45,089 bases of DNA, taken from positions 1 through 45,089 of IMG/VR virus record IMGVR_UViG_3300017766_004457; one strand, given 5' to 3'. This document shows, piece by piece, positions 28,655-36,688 of this stretch. Every line of letters starts with the position of its first letter. The first letter of the stretch is position 1. The stretch comes from a virus. Lineage: Duplodnaviria > Caudoviricetes. The position numbers and the translations under genes were made by a program. The notes under the pieces are model-generated. The model ran no database searches and was not told the DNA's origin. It was given only the letters and a program-made list of their open reading frames with translations.

Positions 28655-29214
28655 TAAATCTGCTCCCAAAAGTCAGCTAAGTTAAGCACGCCGTCTGCCT
28701 CGACAAGCGCGAATCCGATCTGCTTTAACTGCTCTGCGTTGTGGCTTTTTCTAGCGTATGGTTGCCCTTGATCATCCGCGATGAAGCGAGGCCACGAGAC
28801 AAGAAACCACTCTCCTGAGAGACGGACCAGCACCCATGCTAGCTGCCCCCATGTTACGCGGCGCGTCAACTGCGCTGCCTGCACTGGATCTATTGCAGAG
28901 AGTTCAATCCGTGCGCCTTCACGAGATTTAACTTCTAGATGCCCCGCGCGCCCATCCCGCAGAAACACCTCATAATCGCATCCGCTTTTACCTAAATAAA
29001 CTCCCTTAAAGGCGGTGCTGCCATTTGAGGAGCTTACGCGCTTATAAGGCTCATAACGCTTATTGATCTCCGCGAGGCCTAGCGAGAGAAGCTGCTTCGC
29101 GGTGCTGTCCACTACCTCTTCTGAGGACTGCCCGTTGCGCTTAGCTTGTAGTCCTTTTCGAGAAGAAATATCCCTTGAACGTTGAACTTGGTGTAAAAAA
29201 GACCGTGTAACCAT
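28654..29214 (-). CDS. RecU-like Holliday junction resolvase
   Basis: GQSSE, INKRYEP, KSGCDY..HLEVKS..IDPVQ..L pattern; AAGGAGG RBS. Confidence 0.78.
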   Translation of the reverse strand: MVTRSFLHQVQRSRDISSRKGLQAKRNGQSSEEVVDSTAKQLLSLGLAEINKRYEPYKRVSSSNGSTAFKGVYLGKSGCDYEVFLRDGRAGHLEVKSREGARIELSAIDPVQAAQLTRRVTWGQLAWVLVRLSGEWFLVSWPRFIADDQGQPYARKSHNAEQLKQIGFALVEADGVLNLADFWEQI

Positions 29215-29277
29215 GTATCTTATCCTCCTTGAGGGGGAGAATACCTATCTTTTTCTTTTTCGTCTAGGAGAAAACCA

Positions 29278-29643
29278 ATGAAAGAGCTTAACGCTTTTAA
29301 CAAGCTAAAGATGACCACCAGCGTACGTGACCTAATCCATAATGGATTGGTGGACTGTGAGTACAAACAGTTTATCATCACGGATTATAACCGCCCGCCG
29401 TACGTGTATACCGATACCCCAGAGGCCATGATCCTCTTGGAGAACCTGAGAGAGAACTTAGGGGTGTCCTATGAGACGCTGATCCGAGGGGCTGTTCGAC
29501 AACTGTTGGAGCAGCACGGCTTGACGCCGCCCTCCTCTTATGAGGACTACGTTAACGGACAACTAGAGACACCTGCAAACTTCGTTAAGTTTAACGCGAA
29601 GGACGCTTATCAGCGCTACTTAAGCGCACTTAAGCTGGACTAG
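29278..29643 (+). CDS. Ribbon-helix-helix-like DNA-binding protein
   Basis: LENLRENLGVSYETLIRGAVRQLL matches the CopG/Arc two-helix pattern; TAGGAG RBS. Confidence 0.6.
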   Translation: MKELNAFNKLKMTTSVRDLIHNGLVDCEYKQFIITDYNRPPYVYTDTPEAMILLENLRENLGVSYETLIRGAVRQLLEQHGLTPPSSYEDYVNGQLETPANFVKFNAKDAYQRYLSALKLD

Positions 29644-29922
29644 GTGGAGGTGACCTCCACTGCCTGCACGCCTGTCAGAGACGTTTTCTTTATATATTAC
29701 AGATACTTAGCTAGTGCGTGTAGGAGTGGAGGTACTAAATCAAACTTTTTCTGAAAAAAAAATTAGGGACATAGAAACAGGAGTCGCCCAAGGACGAACT
29801 ACGCAGTTCAGAAAAAGTTTGATTGAGGACCTCCACTGGGTACACTCGGGGGTTAAGTATTGATAATAACAACATAAAACGGCACTTTCACAGGTGGATG
29901 CGCGTGTATCCCACCTTCACGC
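29641..29922. repeat. Large degenerate inverted repeat, candidate replication origin
   Basis: Core arms 29725-29755 and 29807-29837 match at 29/31; outer blocks CCTGT, CGTTTT, TATTA, TACTTA and GTGTA are mirrored; repeated GTGGAGGT motifs. Confidence 0.85.
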
Positions 29923-29935
29923 CTTGGAGGTACAC

Positions 29936-30475
29936 ATGGCGAGCAGCAGGTACAACTCTCCTTATGAACAACGCCGCAGAGCGACGAACGAGTACATCAA
30001 ATGGAACGTTGCGCCCTCGGTCTTAGACTTTCAGCAGCGCTACTTTGATACCCGTCCTGTAGAAGACCCGAACAACATGCAGGGTCATGTGTTCTTTGAT
30101 GGCTCGGGGGCACTGGTATCGCAGTTGCACAGCCCTCGGGACGCTTCAAAGCGAGGAACATTCTCGTACACTAGGTACTACACCCAAACGGCCTACGATA
30201 CCTTCTTCTATTATACAACGTCAGCGCTGCTAACTACGGCGCGAGATGATCTAGGCCTCGCGAAGGTGTACACCGTGCGCTCCAGCTTCATCAGCTCCTT
30301 AATATATCAGAAGCATGGGAGCACCCTGTACATCCTCTTTCGCGGCGGCAGCATGTACACCTACCCTGGAGTTACAGAGGCGACGTTTCATGATCTGCTA
30401 AGGCAGCTCTCTAAGGGACGATACTTCAACAAGAACATCAGAGGGCGCTACGCCGGAGGAGCAAAACACGCTTAA
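29936..30475 (+). CDS. KTSC-domain protein with an N-terminal extension
   Basis: Start MASSRY after GGAGG; SSFISSLIY..TLYILFRGGSMYTYPGV..SKGRYFNKNIRGRY. Confidence 0.85.
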   Translation: MASSRYNSPYEQRRRATNEYIKWNVAPSVLDFQQRYFDTRPVEDPNNMQGHVFFDGSGALVSQLHSPRDASKRGTFSYTRYYTQTAYDTFFYYTTSALLTTARDDLGLAKVYTVRSSFISSLIYQKHGSTLYILFRGGSMYTYPGVTEATFHDLLRQLSKGRYFNKNIRGRYAGGAKHA

Positions 30476-30480
30476 AAAAC

Positions 30481-30509
30481 TTGACGCAGGGGCAGAAGTA
30501 GTACATACT
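30481..30509 (+). promoter_or_regulatory. Putative sigma70-type promoter for the polymerase gene
   Basis: A-tract followed by TTGACG-N17-CATACT. Confidence 0.5.
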
Positions 30510-30546
30510 AGAGTATCTGTACTACCCGCTACCTGAAGAGGAAAGC

Positions 30547-32700
30547 ATGAAGCTCATAGGTTTTGATACCGAAACATTTTTTATTCAGCATAATGTCGCG
30601 CCGCCCTTGGTGTGCCTCACCGTGTTCTTTGAGGAGTCCGGGGAGCGTGTTATCTTGGGACGCGATGCCGCGATCCCTTACTTCAAGGCGCTTGTTGAGC
30701 GAGTACTGCACAGCTCAGAGGAGGTCTTGGTCGCACAGAACGCTTGCTTTGATACCGTCGTGCTTACTGCGGAGTGCCCTGCGCTCATGGAGCTGATCTC
30801 TCGCGCTTATGCGCAGCGCAAGATTGTCTGCACGAAGCTAGCAGAGATTCTGATGAACACCGCAGATCCAAAGACCGCAGGCCGCGCTCGCGTGCAACGC
30901 TTTCGCAAGATGGGAGAGCATTATGCTAGCGCCAACAGCGGCTCCCTAGATGGTTTGGTCCTTTATTACCTCGCAGAGGACATCACTGCAGCCAAGAAGG
31001 ATGCGCGCCGTACCAGCTATGCGCAGCTGGTTAACATCCCAGTGGAGGAGTGGTCTACCGAGGACAGGGAGTACGCTATAAAGGACGCAGAGTACGTAGT
31101 GCAGGTGCTGCGCGCTCAGCTAAAGCGCGCCATAGAATTAAGCTCCCTGTTAGGTGGCGCGGCGGTACTTCAAGATCTGCCTCGCCAGTCATATGTAGAG
31201 TACCTTCTTCAGATGCAGGCAATGGTGTTCGGCGTACGTATTGACCCTGAGCGCATCGCAGAGGCTTCGGAGGAGCTGATGGAAGAGCAAGACTCCTCTG
31301 TCGCGGCAGCTCTGGAGCTAGAGCTGCTCGCCCCGGATCAAACGAAGTATCGCGGATACAAGAAGAGCACTAAGCGCCTACAGGTGATCCTAGCGGACAT
31401 TGAGCAGCTTATCGGAATAGACCTTGAGCGCACTGAGAAGGGCGCAATCAAGGGCGGTGAGCAGGAGCTACGCCAGATCTATGAAGCTGCTGAGACGGCG
31501 CTCAATCGGGAGTTCAACTTGGCTACCAAGCTCCCGTTAACGACAGGGCAGCTGGTGCTTCTTAACCGGTACGTTGATGGTCTAAAGGCGTATCAAGCAT
31601 GCGAAGCAGCGTGGAAAGCGAAGCACACCTTTGTTGACGCGCTCGCGCAGGCCAGCCTTAACGAGGACAACCACATTCGGTTTGGTTACCAGGGGCTCAA
31701 GGAGACTGGGCGTACTAGTAGCCGCGACCCTAATATGCAAAACTTACCGCGAGGCGGTAAGACACGTAGCTGCCTGCGCCCCCGCAAGGGCTGCATCTTC
31801 TTGCAGGCCGACTACTCCAATGCGGAGCTTCGCACTCTGGGGCAGCTGCACATTGACGAGGGCAGGACATCTCGTCTCGCAGAGGAGTATCAAAAGAACC
31901 CTCAGTTCGATCCTCACTTGTTCGCCGCGCTGGAGATGCTGCGCGTTGAGGGTGTGGACTTAACGTACGCTCAGGGTAAAGAAGTACTTAAAGATAAGTC
32001 GCATCAGCACTTCAAGAACTTAAAGGGTAAGCGGCAGTTCGCTAAGGTGGCGAACTTCGGATACGCCGGCGGACTTGGTGCAGCCAAGTTCGTAACGTAC
32101 GCTGCTGGACAGGGGTTGAAAGTGACCCTAGAAGAGGCGCGCCAACTAAAAGATGCGTGGCTGCAGGTCTGGACAGAGATGCGCGAGTACTTTGAAGTGC
32201 GCGGGCAGATGACCGAGTACGTGTCCGACTTAAATGACCGCGATATTGAGATTGAGGCGCGCAGGTCCTCCTCTCAAGTTTACGACAGCGTATATACATT
32301 TTCACGGAGCGGCCGAGCCCGCTTCTTGAGGAACTACACCATTGCATGTAACACCGGATTCCAGGGCGTTGCGAGCGATGGCGCAAAAGACGCACTTATC
32401 CTGATCCATGAGGAGTGCTTCTTTAATAGGTCTTCACCGCTCTACCGTAGCGTCCCCGCGCTGTTTATTCACGATGAGGTGGTACTCAGTGTCCCTTTCC
32501 CCGAGGATACCCCCGAGAACCGCGTAAAAGTAACCGCCGCAGCTATGCGCTTGAAAGAGTTAATGGAACAGGGTATGAGGAATCACACTCCTGATGTGCC
32601 TGCGGTCGCGGAGCCCTGCTTAAGCGTGGCTTGGAGTAAGGACATGGAATCTTATATGCGCGACGATGGCACACTCTCTATCTTCGGATTGGACAAATAA
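30547..32700 (+). CDS. polA: Family A DNA polymerase with 3'-5' exonuclease domain
   Basis: Exo I FDTET, Exo II QNACFD, Exo III YAIKD; TGRTSSRDPNMQNLP, motif A ADYSNAELR, motif B RQFAKVANFGYAGG, motif C IHDE. Confidence 0.95.
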   Translation: MKLIGFDTETFFIQHNVAPPLVCLTVFFEESGERVILGRDAAIPYFKALVERVLHSSEEVLVAQNACFDTVVLTAECPALMELISRAYAQRKIVCTKLAEILMNTADPKTAGRARVQRFRKMGEHYASANSGSLDGLVLYYLAEDITAAKKDARRTSYAQLVNIPVEEWSTEDREYAIKDAEYVVQVLRAQLKRAIELSSLLGGAAVLQDLPRQSYVEYLLQMQAMVFGVRIDPERIAEASEELMEEQDSSVAAALELELLAPDQTKYRGYKKSTKRLQVILADIEQLIGIDLERTEKGAIKGGEQELRQIYEAAETALNREFNLATKLPLTTGQLVLLNRYVDGLKAYQACEAAWKAKHTFVDALAQASLNEDNHIRFGYQGLKETGRTSSRDPNMQNLPRGGKTRSCLRPRKGCIFLQADYSNAELRTLGQLHIDEGRTSRLAEEYQKNPQFDPHLFAALEMLRVEGVDLTYAQGKEVLKDKSHQHFKNLKGKRQFAKVANFGYAGGLGAAKFVTYAAGQGLKVTLEEARQLKDAWLQVWTEMREYFEVRGQMTEYVSDLNDRDIEIEARRSSSQVYDSVYTFSRSGRARFLRNYTIACNTGFQGVASDGAKDALILIHEECFFNRSSPLYRSVPALFIHDEVVLSVPFPEDTPENRVKVTAAAMRLKELMEQGMRNHTPDVPAVAEPCLSVAWSKDMESYMRDDGTLSIFGLDK

Positions 32701-32942
32701 TGTTAGCTATAATCGCCCTGCTGCTCCTTGGTTTTTTTGTTGTGTACGTCGTAGATCACCCGATACTACAAGCGTACCTCTTGCTAGTGATGTTTGTCGC
32801 TACGCTGCTCTGGTATCTACTCACCCCCTCGGAGCATCGCATCACTGCGGAGCATCGCATCACTGCGGAGGAGCTAAGACTGCAGATGTGCCTTCCAGAA
32901 GGCGAGACCCTCGCTAAGCCCTCGCAACTGCTCTGTCAGTAG
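32700..32942 (+). CDS. Small two-TM membrane protein
   Basis: TAATG overlap with polA; two hydrophobic helices; 18-bp duplication (EHRITA x2) at 32830-32870. Confidence 0.7.
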   Translation: MLAIIALLLLGFFVVYVVDHPILQAYLLLVMFVATLLWYLLTPSEHRITAEHRITAEELRLQMCLPEGETLAKPSQLLCQ

Positions 32943-32990
32943 CCTCGCGTAAAATCTGAAAGTAGCCTCGCGTAAAATCTGAAAGTAGCC
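32938..32990. repeat. 23-bp tandem repeat AGTAGCCTCGCGTAAAATCTGAA (x2.3) containing the upstream stop codon
   Basis: Units 32938-32960 and 32961-32983, partial to 32990. Confidence 0.95.
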
Positions 32991-33000
32991 ACAACCAAAC

Positions 33001-33028
33001 TTGACGTTTTCTACTCACTTGATATACT
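33001..33028 (+). promoter_or_regulatory. Putative sigma70-type promoter for the RNR gene
   Basis: TTGACG-N16-TATACT with an extended TG. Confidence 0.65.
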
Positions 33029-33029
33029 G

Positions 33030-33076
33030 AGCGAACCCCCTCTTACGAGCAGTAAGCTGGGGGTTCGCTATTTTAT
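33030..33076 (+). terminator. Long hairpin with a short U tract (terminator or leader structure)
   Basis: AGCGAACCCCC/GGGGGTTCGCT 11-bp stem plus inner CTTAC/GTAAG stem, followed by ATTTTAT. Confidence 0.6.
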
Positions 33077-33099
33077 ACCCGCTTTAAACGAGATTAGTC

Positions 33100-35130
33100 A
33101 TGGAAAACCAACTACTTGCTGACTACACCTTCGCTGCTAAGTACGCAAAGTACGACACCTCCAAGGGGCGCAGAGAGAGCTATGCCGAGGCGGTGACTCG
33201 CCAGATGGATATGCACCGCGCACGATTCCCTGAGCACCGCGATATCTTGGACTTTGTGGAGCAAGAGATGCAGGCCAAGCGAATCGTAGGCTCGCAGCGA
33301 GCCATGCAGTTCGGGGGAGCGGCTATCCATCAGAAAAACATGCGGATTTATAACTGCTCCGCCATGCACATCGCGTATATGCACGCTTTCTCGCACTTCC
33401 ATTGGCTGCTGCTGTGCGGGACGGGTGTCGGCTTCTCTCTGCAAGCGCACCATATCGCACAGCTGCCGGAGATTCGCCGCCCTTCAGGGGAGCGTGCCTT
33501 TAAGGTCGTTGACTCTATTGAAGGCTGGGCTGACGCGACGCAGGCGCTATTTGAGTCTTATTTTTACGGTACATCTGCGCTTGTGTTTGACTTCTCAGGG
33601 GTACGCCCCAAGGGCGCGCCGCTGACTCACGGAGGCAAAGCTCCTGGGCCTGAGCCCCTCAAGCGCGCACTAGAGAAGTGCAATCAGATCCTCTCTAATG
33701 CAGTAGACATGGATACCCCGAGGAAGTTACGCAGCATTGAGGTGTACGACTGCCTGATGCACCTTGCGGACTCCGTGGTCTCAGGTGGTATCCGCAGGTC
33801 TGCGTGCATCGCGCTCTTTGACGCAGATGATCAGGAGATGTTGGCCTCTAAGACCGGCAGCTGGTTCGTAGATAATCCTCAGCGCGGGCGCGCCAATAAC
33901 TCCGCAGTGATCACCCCTGAGACGCCGCAGGAGGTTTTCAAGGCGCTGTTTAACTCCACTAAGGAGTTTGGCGAGCCGGGTTTTGTGTTCTTGGAGAACC
34001 GAGAGTATGTCCTAAATCCTTGCGCCGAGGTGACTATGTGCCCGCTCCTAGTCACGGACGCTGATGGGGAGGTGGTGCAGCGGTATACGCACGATCTGCT
34101 CGATTACAACAAGCGTTCCTACTGGCTATCCCTCGGGTATCGTTTCTATGAGGGGGTGCAGGTGTGCAACCTCACGGAAATAAACATGAATAATCTTCGC
34201 GACGTCGGAGATTTTTACACGTCCTGCACCGCCGCCGGTGCGCTAGGCACGTTTCAAGCTGCGTACACTAACTTTGAGTACCTCGGGGAGATCTCAGAGC
34301 TGATTGTCCGTAGGGAGGCCCTCCTCGGGGTTTCTCTGACGGGGATGCTGTCTAACGACATCTTTAGAAGCGAGCAGACGCTGCGCACAGGGGCACAGCT
34401 GGTCAACCACATCAACAGGGTACTCGCCAAAGACTTAGGGATTCAGACTGCATCTAGAACAACCTTGGTGAAGCCTAGCGGCACAGCATCTATCGTGCTG
34501 GGTACAAGCGCAGGTATACACCCTTGGCACGCCCCCCGATACATTCGTAGAGTACAAGCGGATGCCTATGAGGATCTCTACAGGTTCGTAGAGTCTAAGC
34601 AGCCGGAGCGATGCTTCAAGAGTAGCTGGGGCGGGGAGCATGCGCGGTATATCGCCTTCGCTTGTGAAGCTCCGGAGGGCGCGGTAACCAAGAGTATGCT
34701 GAGTGCAGTCGAGCATCTGGAGATGGTGCGCTCTGTTAATCAGTCGTGGGTGCGCAGTGGGACGCAGGTTGATCGCTTGGAGGGGGCGCATCACAATGTG
34801 AGCTGCACAATTACGGTTAGCCCCTCGGAGTGGGCATCCGTAGCAGATTATCTGTGGGAGAATCGTCGCTTCTTCACTGGGGTGTCGCTGCTCGGTTCAT
34901 CAGGAGACTACGAGTACGTAGAAGCCCCCTATCAGGAGGTTCACAGCGGACCGTACTCAGATAAGCCTGAAGAGCGCGCCGCTATGCTATCCCTCTGGGA
35001 GCAACTCAAAGCCCTTTCCCCGATTGACCTGACGGAGTGCTTTGAGCAGCAGGACAACACGTCGCTCGCTCAGGAGCTGGCGTGCGCCGGCGGAGTATGT
35101 GACCTTACGTTTGAGCGCCCCAATCCATGA
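33100..35130 (+). CDS. nrdJ: Class II (adenosylcobalamin-dependent) ribonucleotide reductase
   Basis: YNCS, GTGVGFS, GGIRRSA, NPCAE, CNLTE, VKPSGT and C-terminal CAGGVC; no beta-subunit gene nearby. Confidence 0.92.
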   Translation: MENQLLADYTFAAKYAKYDTSKGRRESYAEAVTRQMDMHRARFPEHRDILDFVEQEMQAKRIVGSQRAMQFGGAAIHQKNMRIYNCSAMHIAYMHAFSHFHWLLLCGTGVGFSLQAHHIAQLPEIRRPSGERAFKVVDSIEGWADATQALFESYFYGTSALVFDFSGVRPKGAPLTHGGKAPGPEPLKRALEKCNQILSNAVDMDTPRKLRSIEVYDCLMHLADSVVSGGIRRSACIALFDADDQEMLASKTGSWFVDNPQRGRANNSAVITPETPQEVFKALFNSTKEFGEPGFVFLENREYVLNPCAEVTMCPLLVTDADGEVVQRYTHDLLDYNKRSYWLSLGYRFYEGVQVCNLTEINMNNLRDVGDFYTSCTAAGALGTFQAAYTNFEYLGEISELIVRREALLGVSLTGMLSNDIFRSEQTLRTGAQLVNHINRVLAKDLGIQTASRTTLVKPSGTASIVLGTSAGIHPWHAPRYIRRVQADAYEDLYRFVESKQPERCFKSSWGGEHARYIAFACEAPEGAVTKSMLSAVEHLEMVRSVNQSWVRSGTQVDRLEGAHHNVSCTITVSPSEWASVADYLWENRRFFTGVSLLGSSGDYEYVEAPYQEVHSGPYSDKPEERAAMLSLWEQLKALSPIDLTECFEQQDNTSLAQELACAGGVCDLTFERPNP

Positions 35131-35354
35131 TCCGCATAAACTCAATATTTGCTGAGATTTATGCATTAGAGCGGCTTGTTTTGTTCTACGCTGCAAAGTG
35201 TCAAGAGCATCTAACAATCGCGCCCAGCAGCGATGGGTCTTTTTTATTTTCTCGGCTAGCGAGGCTCACGGAGGAACTTAACGAGGCGTACAGCGCGCGC
35301 GACAAACTTACTTCTTTGACCACTCCTGCGTCTCCGTGGGGGGAGGAGCACTGA
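35127..35354 (+). CDS. Hypothetical protein
   Basis: 75 aa, ATGA overlap with the RNR stop. Confidence 0.55.
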   Translation: MIRINSIFAEIYALERLVLFYAAKCQEHLTIAPSSDGSFLFSRLARLTEELNEAYSARDKLTSLTTPASPWGEEH

Positions 35355-35820
35355 TTAACTTTAAGGCCTCTAAGTCACTACTCTCTCCCTGAGGTTGTAC
35401 GAGCGCCTGCGTGGTAGCTTCTAGCTGTTGTATCCGCACACCTAAAGTCGCGCAGCCCACACAAGTAGCTGTGCGATTCTTTTGAGTTTTCTGAAAGATA
35501 ATAGCAGCGATAAGGAGAACCGCCAACCAGGGAGGAAGATTAAGAAGCTGCTGCCCGATGATCACCCAATCGTTTATCTCCGCAAGCTCCCCTGTAAGGA
35601 GCACCGGTTTGGGTGGAGGCGCAGGTGGAGGGGCAGGGGGTGGCGCAGCCGGGGTGTCCTGTAGCGGAACAGCAGCATCAACAACCTTCACAGGGGCGAT
35701 GCGCACATCCCCCTTAAACTGACATCCCGACAAGGACGCCAGCGGTTTACCATTGAGTAGGTAGCCGTCCGTAGCAAGCTGTACAGTATCTTTATCGGTG
35801 ATGACGCAGCGAGGAGCCAT
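35308..35820 (-). CDS. Membrane protein with a Pro-rich linker, TM helix and CxxC
   Basis: Likely start MAPRC after GGAGG; PAAPPPAPPPAPPPKP; WLAVLLIAAIIF. Confidence 0.7.
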   Translation of the reverse strand: MAPRCVITDKDTVQLATDGYLLNGKPLASLSGCQFKGDVRIAPVKVVDAAVPLQDTPAAPPPAPPPAPPPKPVLLTGELAEINDWVIIGQQLLNLPPWLAVLLIAAIIFQKTQKNRTATCVGCATLGVRIQQLEATTQALVQPQGESSDLEALKLISAPPPTETQEWSKK

Positions 35821-35913
35821 AATAGACCTCCATTGGAGAAGGGAGTGCATACCCCCTTAAGTATACGCGCCAGAAGGGCGAAAAAACAATCGCTACAAGT
35901 GTAGTAAATACAC

Positions 35914-35942
35914 TTGACAACGGTTAATAAAAAGGTTATTTT
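35914..35942 (+). promoter_or_regulatory. Putative sigma70-type promoter for the accessory cluster
   Basis: TTGACA-N17-TATTTT with AT-rich upstream sequence. Confidence 0.65.
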
Positions 35943-35973
35943 AGGTGCACAGTCGTGCGAAAGGAGAGAAAAA

Positions 35974-36381
35974 ATGCACAACACAATCATGCGAAAGTCT
36001 ACAGACGCTCACATTTTCAACATTCCCGGCATCGGAGACTTGAAGCTGACCGTCTTCTACCAGCGAAATAACGATAGCGTCGATAGGCCTTTTTATGCTG
36101 CCGACGAGATCATCGCTCAGATTGAGCCCTCAGTTAAGACAGCCATGTACTGCTTCATTCGGAGCCATGCCTGTAAAGCACCTATCGCTGCAGCGGAGGG
36201 GATTTCAATCACGGATAAGCGGCAGAGCCTCCCAGAGGAGGTCATGAATCAGTACATCTGTTATGACCAGCTCGACAGGTACTACATGTGCCCAATGATC
36301 GCGTCGGTATTTGTCTATTATATCCGAGAAGAGATCATGCGTAGCTTGCTGAGCGTACCCTCCCGTTTGGTGCGCGCTTAA
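35974..36381 (+). CDS. Hypothetical protein
   Basis: Likely start MHNTIM after AAGGAG. Confidence 0.7.
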   Translation: MHNTIMRKSTDAHIFNIPGIGDLKLTVFYQRNNDSVDRPFYAADEIIAQIEPSVKTAMYCFIRSHACKAPIAAAEGISITDKRQSLPEEVMNQYICYDQLDRYYMCPMIASVFVYYIREEIMRSLLSVPSRLVRA

Positions 36382-36383
36382 TC

Positions 36384-36638
36384 ATGAAAAACAACAAATG
36401 CACCATGAAGAAGTTAGATAAAAAAATACGTATATTAGTGGGGCAAATCGCTACTTTAGATGCGATCCGAGATCGCCTTTCCTTAGAGACGCAAACTCTT
36501 TCGGAGGACGACACAGTCTATAACTTTTTTATCCTTGAGCAGATAAGTTTTATTAGGCGTCGGCTTTTAAAGCGCTATGAAAAGCTGTCTGAAAAGCGTG
36601 CCACTTTGTTTGCAGACCTTATATCTAGACCGGAATAA
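36384..36638 (+). CDS. Hypothetical basic helical protein
   Basis: 84-aa AT-rich ORF directly after the previous gene. Confidence 0.55.
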   Translation: MKNNKCTMKKLDKKIRILVGQIATLDAIRDRLSLETQTLSEDDTVYNFFILEQISFIRRRLLKRYEKLSEKRATLFADLISRPE

Positions 36639-36688
36639 AAAATAAATTCTCCGTACAGAGAGCTACTCAGTATAAAAGGAACCTAAAA

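Noticed and set aside
29725-29837. Protelomerase target (telRL) or MITE
   Set aside because: The arms are separated by 51 nt and are imperfect, no protelomerase or transposase is seen, and no target-site duplication is evident
33029-33099. Cobalamin riboswitch upstream of nrdJ
   Set aside because: The leader is about 70 nt and has no B12-box motif
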